Position numbers and translations under genes: made by a program
In this document: positions 1 through 14,355 of the stretch, one piece after another
How positions within the stretch are numbered: the stretch's first letter is position 1
Layout: each line of letters starts with the position of its first letter
The notes under the pieces: model-generated
Told to the model about the DNA's origin: nothing
Database searches by the model: none
Seen by the model: the letters and a program-made list of their open reading frames with translations, nothing else
Source: Gnetum montanum
Taxonomy: Eukaryota; Plantae; Gnetophyta
Direction of reading: 5' to 3'
Assembly (NCBI GenBank): GCA_015680685.1
Contig: MNCI01003240.1
Coordinates: forward strand, 409,468 to 473,467
Length of the DNA stretch: 64,000 nt

Positions 1-1440
1 AAAGGGCTAGCCAACATAGATATAGATGATCTAGGTGTCTTGTTTGGTGAGGCAATGCTAGGTACATCCTCCATCATCATGCCAGAGGAGGGAGAGAAGG
101 ATCCAAGTATGCACATGCCTTAATTCCTCTCGTGATATCATATTATTTTAGGCTTTGCTTTTATCCTTAGCATTTGATAATTGTTATGTTTATAGTAGTT
201 ATTGAGCCACTAGTGCATGCCCTTGTCCCTATGTTTCATGAAAAATCATGAGAAAATTTCTTGAACAAGATGGAGTTCATGCACAAGATGGCCAACGACA
301 TCATTGACTGGTTGCAACAAGTTGCACTTGAGATAGATAAGAACTTTATTTACTATGCTTTAGTCATTTACCTATGTTATAAATTATGTTTATGTTATGG
401 CTATTTTAGGTTCTAAACTATGCATATGATTGTATTTTATGGTTATCTGTTACTTCTAGTGCCATCTATGAAGTGGGACCATAGATAAGACATGGAGTTA
501 GACTCCTTACTGAAGCTTTCCTTTGATGTACAGAGTCTACCCTTGAAGTTTTATGAAACTACTATTGATCTAGCAATTTTGTGCACAAAAACTTCATGGG
601 AGATGGAGAGGTCCAATGAATCCCTATGGAAGTAGGTTGTGACCTTAAAGGAAGTAGAATCAGTGGTAGAAGAAGATGATTAGAGATCTCTAGGATTGCA
701 AGGCATTTGTGGAATCCAAAGTGGCTAACTCAAAGAACTTGCAAATCAGAGAGATTACATCAGCCTACTATTAGCATACCATCCAAGACAAGGTAACACT
801 CTCATGGGATATGGTAGAGTAGTAAATGCAAATGGATCTCATCTTCCAAAAGGTTGATGAATGGAAAGATCACCATGCATGGGTCCTAGAATGGGGTAAG
901 ATACAAAAGGACCACAAGAAATAGTATAAGGCTAATCGGGAGGCCTAACTAAAGTGGCTCAAATAGGATTTAGTTGAACGGTATAAGAGAGAGTTTTTAA
1001 TTCATGGGATCTAGGTAGAGATACTCTCATGATGGAGAAATACCCCACTTCTTAGATTACCACTATTTCAAGTCAAACTTTTGTAACTACTATGGCATAA
1101 GAACCATCTACTTGGGCTGTAGTCGATAGGATTGGCATCCTTACATGTGTTAATTTTAGGGAGATTGGATAGGCCAATATGATGGAGGATTAGATTCTCC
1201 ATCATTTGAAGAATGGCCTTCAACATTTACCCCTTGATGTTTTGGAGCTAGATTCCCCACAGATTTGATATATTCTATGTTTTATTTTTATATTAAGTTA
1301 TGGATTTGATTATTGATTACTAATTGGCTATTGTGTTATATTTTAGAAACTAGGAGACATTGGTGGCCCCATGAGACATTGGCATCCCTACTGATGAGGG
1401 TGGGGATGACCCATCACTTCCTCCTCTGGATGTCCCTTAG
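1..1440 (+). pseudogene. 3' exons of the antisense multi-exon accessory gene of element E
   Basis: Intron 107-195 (GTATGC...TTTATAG) and intron 337-459 (donor decayed to ATAAG, acceptor TTCTAG) are both phase 1 and keep the frame: ...EEGEKDP|IVIEPL...LNKMEFMHKMANDIIDWLQQVALEI|VPSMKWD...PLKFYETTIDLAILCTKTSWEMER. Homologous to 20245-21513(-) and 52690-54273(-). The right boundary is approximate. Confidence 0.8.
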
Positions 1441-2109
1441 CTTCATCCATCAACCTATTTCAACTTTTTGGCTATATGTTTTTGTTTTTATGTTGATGGC
1501 TATTTTCAATCAAGAGTATGTTATGGATTATTATGTTTTGAAATTTTTCCCACATAGTGTGGCCATGGCTATGTATGATTTAAATTTTAAATTCAAATTT
1601 TTTTATTTTATCTTTGGGTATATATGGTTTAGTTATTATAAATGTTATAAATGGCTATGTTAATTATTTTGGTAATAAGGTAAATGGCTAAACAATGTGG
1701 TTAAAGGCTAACTGTAAATATGATAAAAGAGATGTTTGCTAGATTTAGTCCATGGTAGACATAGGTTACATTGTTTTTCTATTTAAAGATCATGGTGGGC
1801 TATGTTACATTGTCAATCTAAGGCCATGGAGGGCCATGTTATGTCATTATTTTAAGGCCATGACAAACCCTATTATGTTGTAAGGAAACTCATATTTTTT
1901 TGGTAATTTTTTGTTGTAAAAATTTAGTTTACATCATGTTAAAAAAGGAAAACATAGAAAGAAAAAAGGTTATTATAAATAAAAATGCAAATAAACATAA
2001 GTCTCTAGGATATATGCATAAAAGTTAGAATCAAATGTAAAAAAAAAGTCACAATTGGTTAACAAAGAGAATTACAACTAAATGGCTATGGTACATATGG
2101 TTACATGGT

Positions 2110-5100
2110 CACTAGGGTACAACTTGGAAGGATGAGGGATGTACATTACTTTTGTAGACTCTTCCTAATCTTTGAAATATTATGAAACATATATGATCTA
2201 TTCTGCATGAGCGTATGTTCCCCATATTCTTCACTAATAATGTTGAAGGAAAGTTATTCTCAAAGTATATTTGATTGCTCATTATTATTAGTTTTGGCTT
2301 CATTTGCTCTTTTAGGCTACTAAAATTCATGACTAGGAGTTTCTTCTTGAAACTTCACTTCAGACCACTACTCTATATCTACATTGTTGATAGCCAAGGG
2401 AAATGCCTTATGACCATGAATGATGATTTTACCTTCCTTGTAAGTAAGGTTGATCTCTTGATAGATGGATGAGAAGACAACTTGCAATTGAGCCAACCAA
2501 GGTCTTCCTAGGATAAGCTTAAATCCTACCATCTCCGCCACCACCAAGAAATTAGTGGTTGTGGGGAATGTTTTTCCCACTACAATGTCCAAGGCAATGG
2601 GTGCATAGATAGCAACCCATGATCCATTGAAGGACTTGAGAGTTGCAATCATCATATTTTATATTTGCTTAGTTAATACTAATCACTCAACAATGGTGCA
2701 CAGCATAATGCTAGTTATAACTCCATCATCTATGTGCACTTGATGAACCTTAAACTGGCCCACTTGAATCATGATGAAAAGAGAAGCCCTAGTTATCTTG
2801 TCATTTTGGGGACTAGCCTTAACTTCGCTATCACAAAAAACTAGCAATGTTGACTTCCTTGTCCTTAGGGAAGAAGGGATTATTATCACATGGTTAGATT
2901 CCTTGTTAATAGGGATGTCATCACTAAGAAGGATGAAAGTTGACATTTTGACTAGCAGATGTATAACAGAGGTCATGACTAAGTCATATAGGCTCAAAGT
3001 TATATTTTTTTATTTAAGGGATCACTTGACGTCTTCCATTGCACTAAGGAATTTTTTATCATTGGCCATGGGCTTCTCATCTTGATTGTTCTTTACTTCT
3101 TTCATGAGTTCCAAAATGCAAAATTTAGCCTTAGGTTGTTGGGGTCTTTCCTCTTTCTTTTGATTCTGGGTCTTAGGATCCTCCTATGGTTTGCTAGGTG
3201 AGGCAAGCTAGTCAGAGGAGGTCATGGGTATAGACAATATGGGAGTGGGATTTAGTGGGCCTAGTTCCCTTCATGCATCATTTTTCTTATTGTCCTTATT
3301 ATTAGGCTTTTACTTACACTTCTTCATTTGCTTGGTTAAAGCTTTTTTATCATCATTTGTTGGTTATGAGGAAGAGGCATTAGCATTGGCCATCATAGAA
3401 GGTAGTCATATGATCATGTTAGTTGGTTTTGTTATGTTGGGCTAGGACACCCTAATGACAAAAGGCTTTCTTGGAGGCATCCACTATGGTAGTCTCATTA
3501 CAAAAGGGGGTCTTGAACTAGTGGAAGTTGAACAGGTGCTTTCATCATAAGGGGGTACCCAAAGCAAGAATGGTTCCCTCGCTGATCTTTGATTATCACC
3601 AATGTTGAACACTGATACAACATAGGAGCTATTATTAGTGTTCAATAGCTCTTTGTACATATGCATCAACTAATTTTATGCTCAAAATGGATTAGAAGCA
3701 TCCAAGACCAACATTATCCTATCCATCATTTTCTACAAGTCATCCTTCAATGTAAGGTATAATTTTGTATCATGACCAAGTAGTTGGTGATAGTGGCAAT
3801 AAAGGTCTAGTTTAAACTGCCTGGGCAATTGAGGATGATCCTTTGTTGCTTGAGTGGGATCTTTGGTATTTTGAATAACTTCTCATGCTTCTTTCAAGCA
3901 ACTTTGGTCATTTTCTTATATTGTATGCATCCCCTCTTCAATAGTTGATCTAAAAATTTGGATGGCTTCAAAGGTAGGCTATTGTACTTGCTATTGTTTT
4001 TCCACTCAAATATTGTCCTAGGAGTAGTCGATGTAGTGGTCCTAGAGGTTGATGAATTGTTATCTCGATTGTTAGCAAGGGTTTTGAATTGGTTGGCCCT
4101 TAACTCCTGGTTGGTTATGTTGGCTTCATTGATTACCATCTCTATAGCTATGTTATTTCATTTACCCTTCCCTTTATCCCTCTAAGTATGTTAGTTTTTG
4201 TATGCCACCTAGGCAGGGTCATGGCTAGCTTTTGTGGTATCCTATATGTTTTTGGTTTTGAAGAATTCTTAGCTAAGTGAACATGAGTCAAGGTAGTAAA
4301 GCTTTAACTTGATAAAGTCATTAATTATCCCCTTGAATATGTTCAAAAGGTGTTTCTTGGATATAGGCTCTAGTATCTATTTGAGTAGACCATTCCATCA
4401 TTGGATGAACTTCTACACCAATTCAAAGGATCCCTACTTGACCTTCATCATTTTGTCAAGCATAATGTCATCCTTCAAGTTATACTTGAGTTAGTTAATG
4501 AACTATGCTATCAAGTCTTTAAGAGAGGATAGAAGTCCTCTTGGTAGAGCATGATATTAGTCAAGTTCCTTCCTAGTCAAAGACATAGGGAAAATCCTCA
4601 TGATAGTGTGTGACCAAGGTTGTAATAGTAAGAACTCAGAGCAAAAGGTGATAAGATGAGTGTTGGAATCACCTTCTCTATTGTACTTTCTGAATTGTGG
4701 AATAGGAACACCAAGAGGAAGCATCAAGGGTGGGACCACATGATTGATGAATCATCTTGGTAGAAGTCCATGATCTTGATGCTTTGAGATGTAGAGACTT
4801 TAAGACTCTTCATCTCATCTATCAGGTTCTAAATCATTTGAAAGACTTGATCTAGGTCATTTGGTGCTCCTGTCAACTATGAGGTTTACATAAATAGTTG
4901 TCATGTTTGTTGGGAGGCCTATGGCCTCACTATCAATTTTTGCATAGAAGGAAGAGGTCGTATTATAACTATAGTTAGTGGGAAAAACAAGGAGAAAGAT
5001 GATTATGCTAGTATCTAGGGCACAAATGGGACAAGTGGATGTGTAATTCCTAAGTTTCTTGAGGTCCCATGGTGGATCCAAAATGTATGGTTAGTGGATT

Positions 5101-5680
5101 TGTGGTAGTGACAATCATTTTACATGGCTACAAAGATAAGGGTTGTGTGGAAAAAGGCATTGATAGGTTATAAGTTATTGGATATGGTGTTGAATGATTC
5201 TAATGCATGGATATGACAAGTGTGGGACCAATCATAGTAGGGTAGGAAAGGTTAGAGGATGGCGGTACCTAACCCATTAAGAAAAAAAAAGGCATTAGAG
5301 AAAGGTGTTTTGGCCTTAGGGGATTCTTGTTGGAACAACCCTCTTAGGATATTTAAGCTTAGATTCTACTATAAATGCATCCTCCTTTTCCTTTTGTTGC
5401 CCATCATAGGTAGCCTTTAGGTTATCTTCGTCAATCTCAATGAGAAGGGCTAAGATGGTAGCATAGATGTCATTAAGGGGTATTTGGTCATAGGAGGAGG
5501 GAATACTCACCTTCCCATTATGATGGGTGAGCTCAAATTCCCTCTTACCTTCTACTTCCACTCATGGGATTAGCATGCTAGCCTAGATCTTGATGCAAAT
5601 GAAGTTATAATGCTCTTCATTTATTGCCAAGAACCTAGTACTTTTCCCCTAAGTCTCAAGGATCACCTACATTCAATCAT
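2110..5680 (-). pseudogene. Gag-aspartic protease of element E (many stops and frameshifts)
   Basis: Gag motif IPQFRKYNREGDSNTHL...RIFPMSLT (Retrotrans_gag-like), a CHYH...GHD knuckle near 3750-3800, and protease VHIDDG...LILGRPWLAQL in ORFs 2683-2997 and 2368-2655. Confidence 0.88.
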
Positions 5681-6505
5681 AGTAGGATATTTAGAATCAT
5701 AATCACTCATAGCTTGTTGGCTAGACTCTTCATCAGTGAAAGTGAAAGGTAATTTGGTTGATTGCTAAAAAGAAATGATTATAATGCCAAAACAAGCTTA
5801 AGACAAGATATAAAAGGTAAAAAAAAGGAGTAAATTCTAGTAAATGAAATTCAAAAATGGTCCAAAGAAGCAAAAATGATAGAAAACAAAGTATTTACTA
5901 GAAATAGTATGTGAGGGATAAGTGAGGCTATACCCATTTAATAAAAATGAAAAGGTGAAAAGGCTATAACAAACTTCACCCATGCTAGCTTCCTAGTTGC
6001 CTCTACATTGGGTGTGACAAGTGGGAAGCAAGGGGGTGAGATGGGGGGGATCTCATACCTTCCTATTCCAATGTTGATGAAGGGGATACTAAACACCAAA
6101 GTGAAAAGTTTTTATTTTACACTAGGAACCATTTTTGGTAGGCTACCAATTTTCTCTATAAGGAAAGATGGTTGTTTAGTTGACTTCTAGAAGTTTGATT
6201 GCTTTCCAAAGGATTGAACCACCAACGTTGGAAAACTAGAAAAATTTGGTAGCCAAATAGGGGAAATGGTATCAAGGTTAACCTTGGGCTTTAAAATCCA
6301 TAGTAAGTGTTGTGAAAAACTAAAACACCCAAATACCAACAACTTCCATACTAAGGCTTTTGTTGTAGGTGCACAACTGGTAGTGTTGATTTTTTGAGGG
6401 GATTTCGAAGGGTTTTGCTACAAACATTAAAAACTTTTAAATGGTAGGCAATGTTGGAAATGAGGAAGATAGATTTTTTATGAAGAAATTGGGTAGGGAT
6501 TCAAG

Positions 6506-6522
6506 CCCTTATTCTAGTGCCA
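6506..6522 (-). promoter_or_regulatory. Primer-binding site of element E (tRNA-Asn type)
   Basis: The minus strand reads TGGCACTAGAATAAGGG, a decayed TGGCGCTAGAAGGAGGG complementary to the plant tRNA-Asn(GUU) 3' end, 6 nt from the LTR end. Confidence 0.75.
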
Positions 6523-6528
6523 TAAAAC

Positions 6529-7956
6529 TACTATAACTAGAAAAATCAATCACTAAAAAATCAAAATATCCAATATAGTAACCTCAATTCCAAATCCCTA
6601 GGGCCTCCAAAAAATGGAATTCAAGATGCCCTAGATGGTTAGGTGGATCACCCAAGGCTTATAAAATGTGAAATGAATGATTTAAATAACAAGAATGTAG
6701 ATTTGGAAACCAAAAGCAAAATAGATTGCATACAAATTAAAATTCTGAAACTTTATTTAAACAAATAAAGAATAAGTTCAGGGATGTGTAAAAGAATTTC
6801 TCATGAAAGAGCAAAAGGAGGTTCACTAGGATAGGATTTCAAAGCCCATTGAAGTCGATGTTATCTACTCCACAACTTGGGTGCTTAGCCACTCTTGATG
6901 TTGTCAAAGCTCCTTTGCTACTGCCTCAGATTTGCTACTTTGGTTATTGCTAGGAGGTAAGAAAAGTGGGATATTTGGCTGCAAAAATTCTCAACACTAG
7001 GAGTTGGAAATCCTAGAAATGTCACATAGGAACCACAATCCCACAAGTCCTGGGGGGTAACAAGGGGAATTGAAGGATCATGAGGGTTCCACACTGGGAG
7101 ACTTTAAGAAGCATTTTTCAAGTGGTTCCAAAGCTCTTGAAGGCCAAAATTGGTATATGATCAAAGATGTTAAGGTTTGGAACTTGAAAAGGGTGTTGGG
7201 ATTTTGATTTTATAGGTTTTTGAACATGGAATGAGCTACAAATTGGCTGCAAATTGCTATAAATTTCTACCGTGTACAAGTGAGATAGGTGCCTAAATTT
7301 GGGGATTACTATGTATAGTAATTGCTAAACCCTCATTCTCATTCTGTTTACTATAAATAGTAATGGGGACACACCTTCTACACTGGAGGTAGATCTTCTA
7401 TGTTGGGCCTTCAATATTCTACACTAAAGTTCATGGTCAACATTGAAGTTATTGAAGTATCAAAATCCTAGTCATGTTGCTTCTACGCTTGGGGCATGTA
7501 GTTTCTATATTGGGGGTGAAGTCTCCAAGCTATGCATGTAGTCTCGATGTAGGGGACTGAAGTTTCCATGTTGAGGGGGAAGGTTTCCATTCTAAGGAGG
7601 TAGGTTGTACTCCTCCACATTGGGGGCAGGTGAGTTTTATTTCCTTGTAGGTGTTTCCAGTGTAGAAAAGTGTGTATCCCCCATAAAATTCGTCAAATTG
7701 CCATTTTTGAAATCCCAAAAGGCATTTTTGACTTTCCTAATCCAAAATATAGATACCATGTGACTTTTTTTCACTTTGGAAATGAGGCTTTGACCACTTA
7801 TGAGGAATTTTAATTCCTAAAGGTATGAAATATGTGAGATTTCTTATTGTGGATTACAATCTTCACATTTACAATGAAGTTTTATCTTAGGTTTCATACG
7901 GTGAAGGCTACATGGTGAAAAAATGGTTACAACACGCAAATGTTTTTGGTGTTTCA
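6529..7956 (-). repeat. 5' LTR of element E
   Basis: Starts TGAAACACC on the minus strand, is colinear with LTR 14356-15924, and ends TA (decayed CA) before the PBS. Confidence 0.85.
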
Positions 7957-10385
7957 CAACATATAATCATCCAATAAAATGAAAACATAAAAATTATAAC
8001 TAATGGTGGAGGGTAGTAATAAAACCAAAATAATCCATCTCAACAAGAAATTCCAATAATCTAAGAGATCCTCATAAAATACACAAGTCTAATGAATTTC
8101 ATAGCATCATCAAGTCCCAAACAAAATACATGGGACTTCAAAGTTAAATAGAGAAACAAACCATAATTCAAAGATATTATATATATATATATATAATAAT
8201 ATCCTATAGATGCTAAATAATTCAAAAAGATGGATTCTTATCACTTCTTCCAAATAGATCAATTAAGCCATAACAAAATAAAGTCTAGAATCACCAACCA
8301 CTAGTAACTATAAATAGATCAACACTAAAACCATGTAATATCCACTAATCTAGGTAAGATGTTCTAAAACTAAAACCTTTAATGAGAAGATTAATGGAAT
8401 AAAATCATAGAATAATTTGTTCAAAAAAATCTAAAAGATCAAAAGAACAAGGTAAGATCCAAAATAACTAATTGATAAAGTTACTAATTAACCAATGTTG
8501 AGTCCATGAAATACTCATTCATGAAAGGGATGTATCTAATATTTAAGCAATTAAAAGAAAATACATTAGATTCAACAAGAGTATAAGATTCAATAGGGTT
8601 AAAAGAAGATTTGGAGACATGAAAACTCAATACAAGACGCATCCATGTAAGCAAACTTCATAAGAAATAAGTTTATTACAATGCTAGGCTTGCAAGAGAG
8701 ACATCCAGGGCAAGATATCTAGGGGTTGGAGAAGATGTTCATAGAAGGAGGAAGATATCTTGAGTAGAGGAAAGATTTCTCAGTGAGATATCTATGTGAT
8801 AAAGGAGATGTATACACTAGATAGAAGACATCTTGGATAAGGTAGAGATGTTTTCCTAGGTAACTTGGCTTGCAAGAGAGAAATCTTACTAAAATCAAAG
8901 ATATCTAGTTTGAGTGGGAAAAGATTAAGATTTGACTAGAAGGAATAAAAATAAATGAGAAATATCAAGGAAATCATAGGTAATGAATGTAATAACGTAG
9001 GGACAAGAATCAATAAAGAATAAGAATAATTTACTACTAGTGATGATGTGGAAAAAATCAAATTGATATACAAATAGCATAGGGATCTCACAATGAAGAG
9101 AATTATACTCACATGACTAAGATAATAACATGAATGAAATAAAAATGATTTAATTAAAGCTATTATAAAAATAGAGAGGTTAAAATATCACATTTACAAG
9201 AGCTTAGAATTAATAAAGAGAACATGTAAAAGTAAGATATAAAAAATATGAGGATTCCAAATTATTTGTTAAAATGAATCCTCTGTACACTATCCTATCT
9301 AGATTAGAGTTAATATAGAGTAAGAATTATAAAACTCCAATCCTATGATTAGAAATTGTAGTAGCCTAATGAATAATAAAACTCATTCTTGTAAAAATTG
9401 CTAGTATTAATTCTCACAAAATCCACTTTCGAAATCAATGGAAATAGTAATATTAACACATTAATATATTAGACCAAAATTTCAAGATATTAAAATAATA
9501 TCCATCATCTTGCAAATAGAATAATAAAGCTAAATTTGAATATAATATTACAAATTGCATCCCACCAATGTATACAATCTTATAAATTTAAATAGAAAAG
9601 AAGCCAAGATTACTCATCTTGAAATCTATATGAAGAATTCCATGTAAGAAGAAAGAAACACAAGAAAGATCTAATGGAAAGAAAAATTGATTTAAAATTC
9701 ACTAGCATCTCCACTAGATTCAATCTTTAACAACATCTCTTCGTTTTATTCCTAAAATTATCAAGATGTATGGAATGAAAGAACCATGGAATTTTTAATG
9801 AAATATTACCAAAAATCATGGAAAGAAAGAAACTATCTAGTTATAAAAAGCAAGAGTTGAACTAAAAGAATACTTCCATTAACCTCTTTCATCATATACA
9901 TAGCTTTCTCTACTCTCATGTAACATCCACATATACCAAAATAATCAATAAAGCATAGTTAATAAATCACTATCCCAACATATTCTAACAAATATCATAA
10001 AATAAAACTAAAAATAATTTAATAAAATATAACTCAAGTAGCTACCACCATAACATAACACATAGGATCATAAAAATGCTATTAAAAATATTAAGAAAAT
10101 CGTCAATCATCAATAATGTCATAATTCTAGCCAACCTCTCATAATCTCTTTTCACACCCAACAATAGGATTAGTGCATCTCTGTTGAATAAGAAATATCC
10201 TATAAAGATACATAATAACATTAATTCATTCATGCATCTCAAAGCTCATAAACATGTAATATTATGTACATAACCATAAAATATATCAAATTGGTAACAT
10301 GTATGATACATATTTAGGCATAAGAAATATAATCACGATAAATGATCATAGGCAACAAGGATCCCAAAAAATATTTGATGTTGTA
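7957..10385 (-). repeat. Probable 3' LTR or degenerate repeat of the Tekay-like element (extent uncertain)
   Basis: Begins TACAACATC (decayed TGTAAC..) right after the PPT. AT-rich and non-coding, with a (TA)n run at ~8178-8195 and GA(C/T)(A/G)TC motif repeats at ~8700-8910. Confidence 0.45.
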
Positions 10386-10815
10386 TCCTCCCCCAATTAA
10401 GAATCTTCCTCCTAGAAGTTCTTAGGATGTGAGAAGCATAAGTCAGACTCAAGCTTCCAACTAGCCTCTTAAGAATCATAAATATTTTAGAATATCCTTA
10501 CCATGGATGCTACCCTATTGTGTAATTAACACTTCATCTCATTCATAATCCTAATGGGATGACCCACATATGAGGCATTAACTTGAATCTATACCTTAGT
10601 CTAATCAATAAGATGACTATTATTAGAAATGTACTTTTGTAGCATTAAGACATAAAACACATCGTGCATGTTCAAAATATATGAAGGTAAACCAACATGA
10701 TATACCACCTCTTCTATATTTTGAAAGATGTTAAATGGTCCACTATAATGATGTGCAAGCTTGCGATTTTAACTAAAATGCATTAAAAACTTCAGTGAAG
10801 AAACACAAACATTTG
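10386..10815 (-). pseudogene. Integrase C-terminus with chromodomain and PPT of a Tekay/Del-like chromovirus
   Basis: Minus-strand translation KLAHHYSGPFNIFQNIEEVVYHVGLPSYILNMHDVFYVLMLQKY...HPIRIM...EASWKLESD matches the GPF and chromodomain layout, followed by the purine tract TTAATTGGGGAGGA. Confidence 0.8.
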
Positions 10816-12559
10816 AGAGTTTTGCCTCAACTACTACAAAAAGAAGCTTGATATTCTTAGGTTTTATGTAACATGCTATGCATGTGAGATGGGTAAATGC
10901 TAGAATTACTAGAAAATGTTGTAAATTTGGATTTATGATCATAACTCCAATTCCTACATGTCACACTAGGGAAATTGATAGGAAGATTAGATTCCAACAC
11001 TAGTTTTGGCACTAAAATCCTCACAAAATGCCTTATGCACTACTCTTAAAACTCTTTGTATGTTAAGAAATATCCTTCACATGTTGTGGTTTGGAAATAA
11101 GATGAAAATTAGCTTCACACCATAGATTCTTCTAAAAATTTCCATTTTTCTAGGTCTAACTCTATCACATGATCAATTTTTGATGGTATGTGGACCCCAT
11201 GAGACTTGGACAAAAATACTAAAAATTCCACACACTATCCTACATGCTCCCTAGAGGAAATAAAGGAGGTAATAGAGCCTACATGTTGTATTTTGGTTGA
11301 AATTTATGACTTCATGGGCTTACAAGCTGATAAGCTAGTCAATATTAACCATGGGTGAATCCCATAGACCATAAGCTAAGATATCTTTAGTTCTACATGT
11401 TGTAGGTGGATGATTGGCCAAGAAACTAACTTCTACACACTATAAAAATTGGGCTTTAGCTCTATATGTTGCTTACCTTAGTCCTACATGCTATGATAGC
11501 ATGTGAAACAATGTGTGGAGTATAGGTAAGTCATTATCTTCGATCATATGCTACCCACATAAGTATCACATGCTGTGATAATGTGTGGGGAACCTATAAT
11601 GATGGAAAAATTTGATAATAGAGGGTCAAAAATTTTCATGAAAAATAGTTTAATCTTGAATCCATGAGCCTTGAAAAAGGATTTAGAGCATCTCAAATAG
11701 TCTTATCAATCAATTAATGACTTGAAATTCTATTACTATATGCTATGAAAAATAAGGAAAAATATACAAAAAGGTGTTTCAAATGTTAAATTTGAGAACA
11801 AAGAGATGCAAAAAATATTACAAAAAAGTAAAGAAGCTACAACATTGTATTAAATTTTGTGATAGAAAAGTTTAGAAAATACAAATTGTGGGCTATGAAT
11901 GCCCAAGAATATAAAAATGTCTTTAAAATTCAACGTAAATGATAGGGTGTATTCTACCACCGGAGTTGTACTTGTCTCTCTTCACTTGATCTACATTTGA
12001 ACTTCTCTTACTAATGGTTCTCGCTGCTTCAGACATTTTGCATTGGATGAAAATGATTATTAACTCTTGAATGTCTGCATTACTCTAAAAGTATTAAATT
12101 TGGATGAATCAAAATTGATTCAAAAGTCCTTCAAAATATGAAAATTTTGGATTAAATAAGCTATGATTTTCTTAACTTATTTTTGGTTAATTCTATTATG
12201 ATTGATACCAAAAATTTGACAAATTCTGCAATTATATTAAATGCTTTTCTATAGCATGTAAGCAATTTTGGTTGATTTCCTATCCTCTCATGCTGCTCCC
12301 ATATGCTACTTAGTGTGTAGGACTAGGGTGCCTATCATGTGGAATTAAAGGTCAAATTCCACATGTTATCTTCACATACTACATAACATGTGGAGCTGAA
12401 ATGACTAGTGTGTGAGATGAAAATATCTTCACAAGCTAGAATACATGGAATTTGTTGCTTGGTGAGTAATTTTTGGCTTCCAAAAGCTCATATATAAGGG
12501 ATTTATATATTGTAAAGAATTTTTACCTTCACAAGCTAGAATATTGGTGTACAAACATC

Positions 12560-13663
12560 TCTTTTGATTTCCTTGTGCTTGTCCTACAAGTTGTTTTTGT
12601 AGGTTTCATGCTTGAAGAAGACTTGGATGTTTATGAGTAGTTTTTGTGTCTATCCTCATGCTGAATTTTAATTATGAATATTTTTGGATTTTTTAGCATG
12701 TTTGGAGGTGTTTTTGGTTTATTTTGATGAGTTTTGTAGGTTGTAGGATTTATAGGAGCTTTTTGGGAGGCATCCAGAGGCTCTTGGCATCAAAATAAGC
12801 AATTTTAGATTTGGCACCTGTAGAAGAGACATCTCCATAGAAAGATAGATATCTCCCCTAAAGTAGAGACATCCCAATTTCAAAGGCGACATCTACCAAA
12901 TGTAGTTTATCTCTCTCACAAGAGCAAGGTTTTCATAGGAGATGTCTCCAAAGAAAGATAGACATCTTCCCTAAAATAGAGGCATCCAAAGTCCAAAGAA
13001 GATGTCTATGAAAAATAGTAAACATCTCTCATGAGAGTAGGACATTCACAGGAGACATCTACATGAAATAAGAGATGTCTATGTTAGCATTGGAAAAGAT
13101 CTTTGATGTGATGTTTTTATTTGGAAACATCCAAAAGACTCTAGATCTATGTGAAAAACATCTAGGGAGGAAAATAGAAAGCTTCATAGGGTTTTGGATC
13201 TCTATAATTATGTATGCATTCATCCATAAGAAAAAATAAGAGGGAGCTGGTATGAAAGGAGAGCTAAGCAAGAGAGATTGGATGAGCACATTCAATGAGT
13301 ACAATAGGTGATTACAATTCCAAGATTAGCTTGTGGTGTGTTGATCTATGTGTTCTATTCTCTTGTATCTTACTTGTGAGTTGATATGTTAGTCTTGGAT
13401 TATGGGAGAGATTTCTCTTGGTTGTGTCGTGCTTTGAGAACAACCTTTGTGTTGGTGTAGAGCCTCATGCTTTGTAATATTGTTCAAGTATGATAGGTTT
13501 TTGAGTGCTTCTAGGTTGTGTGAATCCATACTGTAATCTTCTAATAATTTTAATTGAAGATATCTAGTTTTCTTGTTTTCAAGAAATTAATTTTATCTTG
13601 GCATAATATATAGATTTAGTACATGACGTTGATATACTATTGGAGTGAATTACTCTAGTTTTA
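12560..13663 (+). repeat. 5' LTR of a chromovirus (CRM-like) element; left boundary uncertain
   Basis: Array of AGA(C/T)(A/G)TCT motifs at 12820-13090, a TATA-like CTATAATTA near 13202, and an end immediately before the tRNA-iMet PBS. Confidence 0.55.
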
Positions 13664-13664
13664 T

Positions 13665-13675
13665 TGGTATCAAAG
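13665..13675 (+). promoter_or_regulatory. Primer-binding site, tRNA-iMet type
   Basis: TGGTATCAAAG versus consensus TGGTATCAGAG, about 50 nt upstream of the gag ATG. Confidence 0.8.
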
Positions 13676-13725
13676 ATGGTTTTATATTTTTCATGGAGTT
13701 TGGTTGAGGATTTTGTCCACTTGAG

Positions 13726-14355
13726 ATGGCACCTAAGAAGAAATATGTGCAAGCTCTAATAGGGACATGGAGAGCATGAAGTAAACATTCCAAATGATGG
13801 TTGCTCTATTGGATGGAATCAATGTAAAGGTTGATAGATAGGTTGGTCCTAGCCATATCTAGATACATGGAGATGGAGAGCATGTACGTTTAGATGAAGA
13901 AGTTTCATAGCTAGGTGGAGATGAACTAGATGAAGAGGAAGATCAATCCAACTATGGAAGCATAGGAAATCATAAGCCAAGGATTCCAATGGAAGGAAAT
14001 CCTATTCCTCTAAAAATAACTCCAAGGGATTTGGTGGTGCTTAATACTTCTTCAAGAAATCTTGACAATGAAGATGAGGTAAGGCTTGCTAGAGCATTTA
14101 AAAGTGCTTCAAGACTTCCATATGTAGAGTTGAAGAATTTCAACAATGTAGATGTCACCAATGGTTTTGCAAGTTGGCTAAAGATACTTGAGAAGAATTT
14201 TCTATTGGAAGATGTACCAAATAACTTGAGGGTACCTATTGTTAAATCTAGATTAGAATGTATGGCTTCTACATGGTGGGAAAAAGAGTCTCATAGTTAT
14301 GAAAGAAAAAATAGTCATCCTATCAATGATTGGGATCTGATGAAATATAGGTTGA
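13726..14355 (+). pseudogene. Gag N-terminus of the CRM-like chromovirus, interrupted by element C
   Basis: Starts MAPKKK, and SWLKILEKNF...RVPIVKSRLECMASTWW...INDWDLMKYRL is a typical chromovirus Gag. The sequence switches to the TGAAACACC LTR at 14356. Confidence 0.8.

Larger units (their letters stand above)
1..7956 (-). mobile_element. Element E: Tat-type (non-chromovirus) Ty3/gypsy LTR retrotransposon, 5' part (5'LTR, PBS, gag-protease, start of spacer with antisense gene); continues beyond the left edge
   Basis: The minus-strand LTR starts TGAAACACC at 7956, like the LTRs at 14356, 46892, 59015 and 62550. It has a tRNA-Asn-type PBS, and its gag and protease remnants are colinear with elements C and A. 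Confidence 0.88.

Noticed and set aside
1313-1663. Short hydrophobic ORFs as membrane peptides (also 10042, 29002, 30235, 44681)
   Set aside because: They are by-products of T-rich intron, UTR and LTR sequence.
10820-12560. A separate LTR or element with CCACATG/CTACATG motif repeats (GGTGTTTCA at ~11773)
   Set aside because: It is clearly repetitive, but I could not establish a partner LTR, PBS, PPT or TSD, so it is left unassigned.
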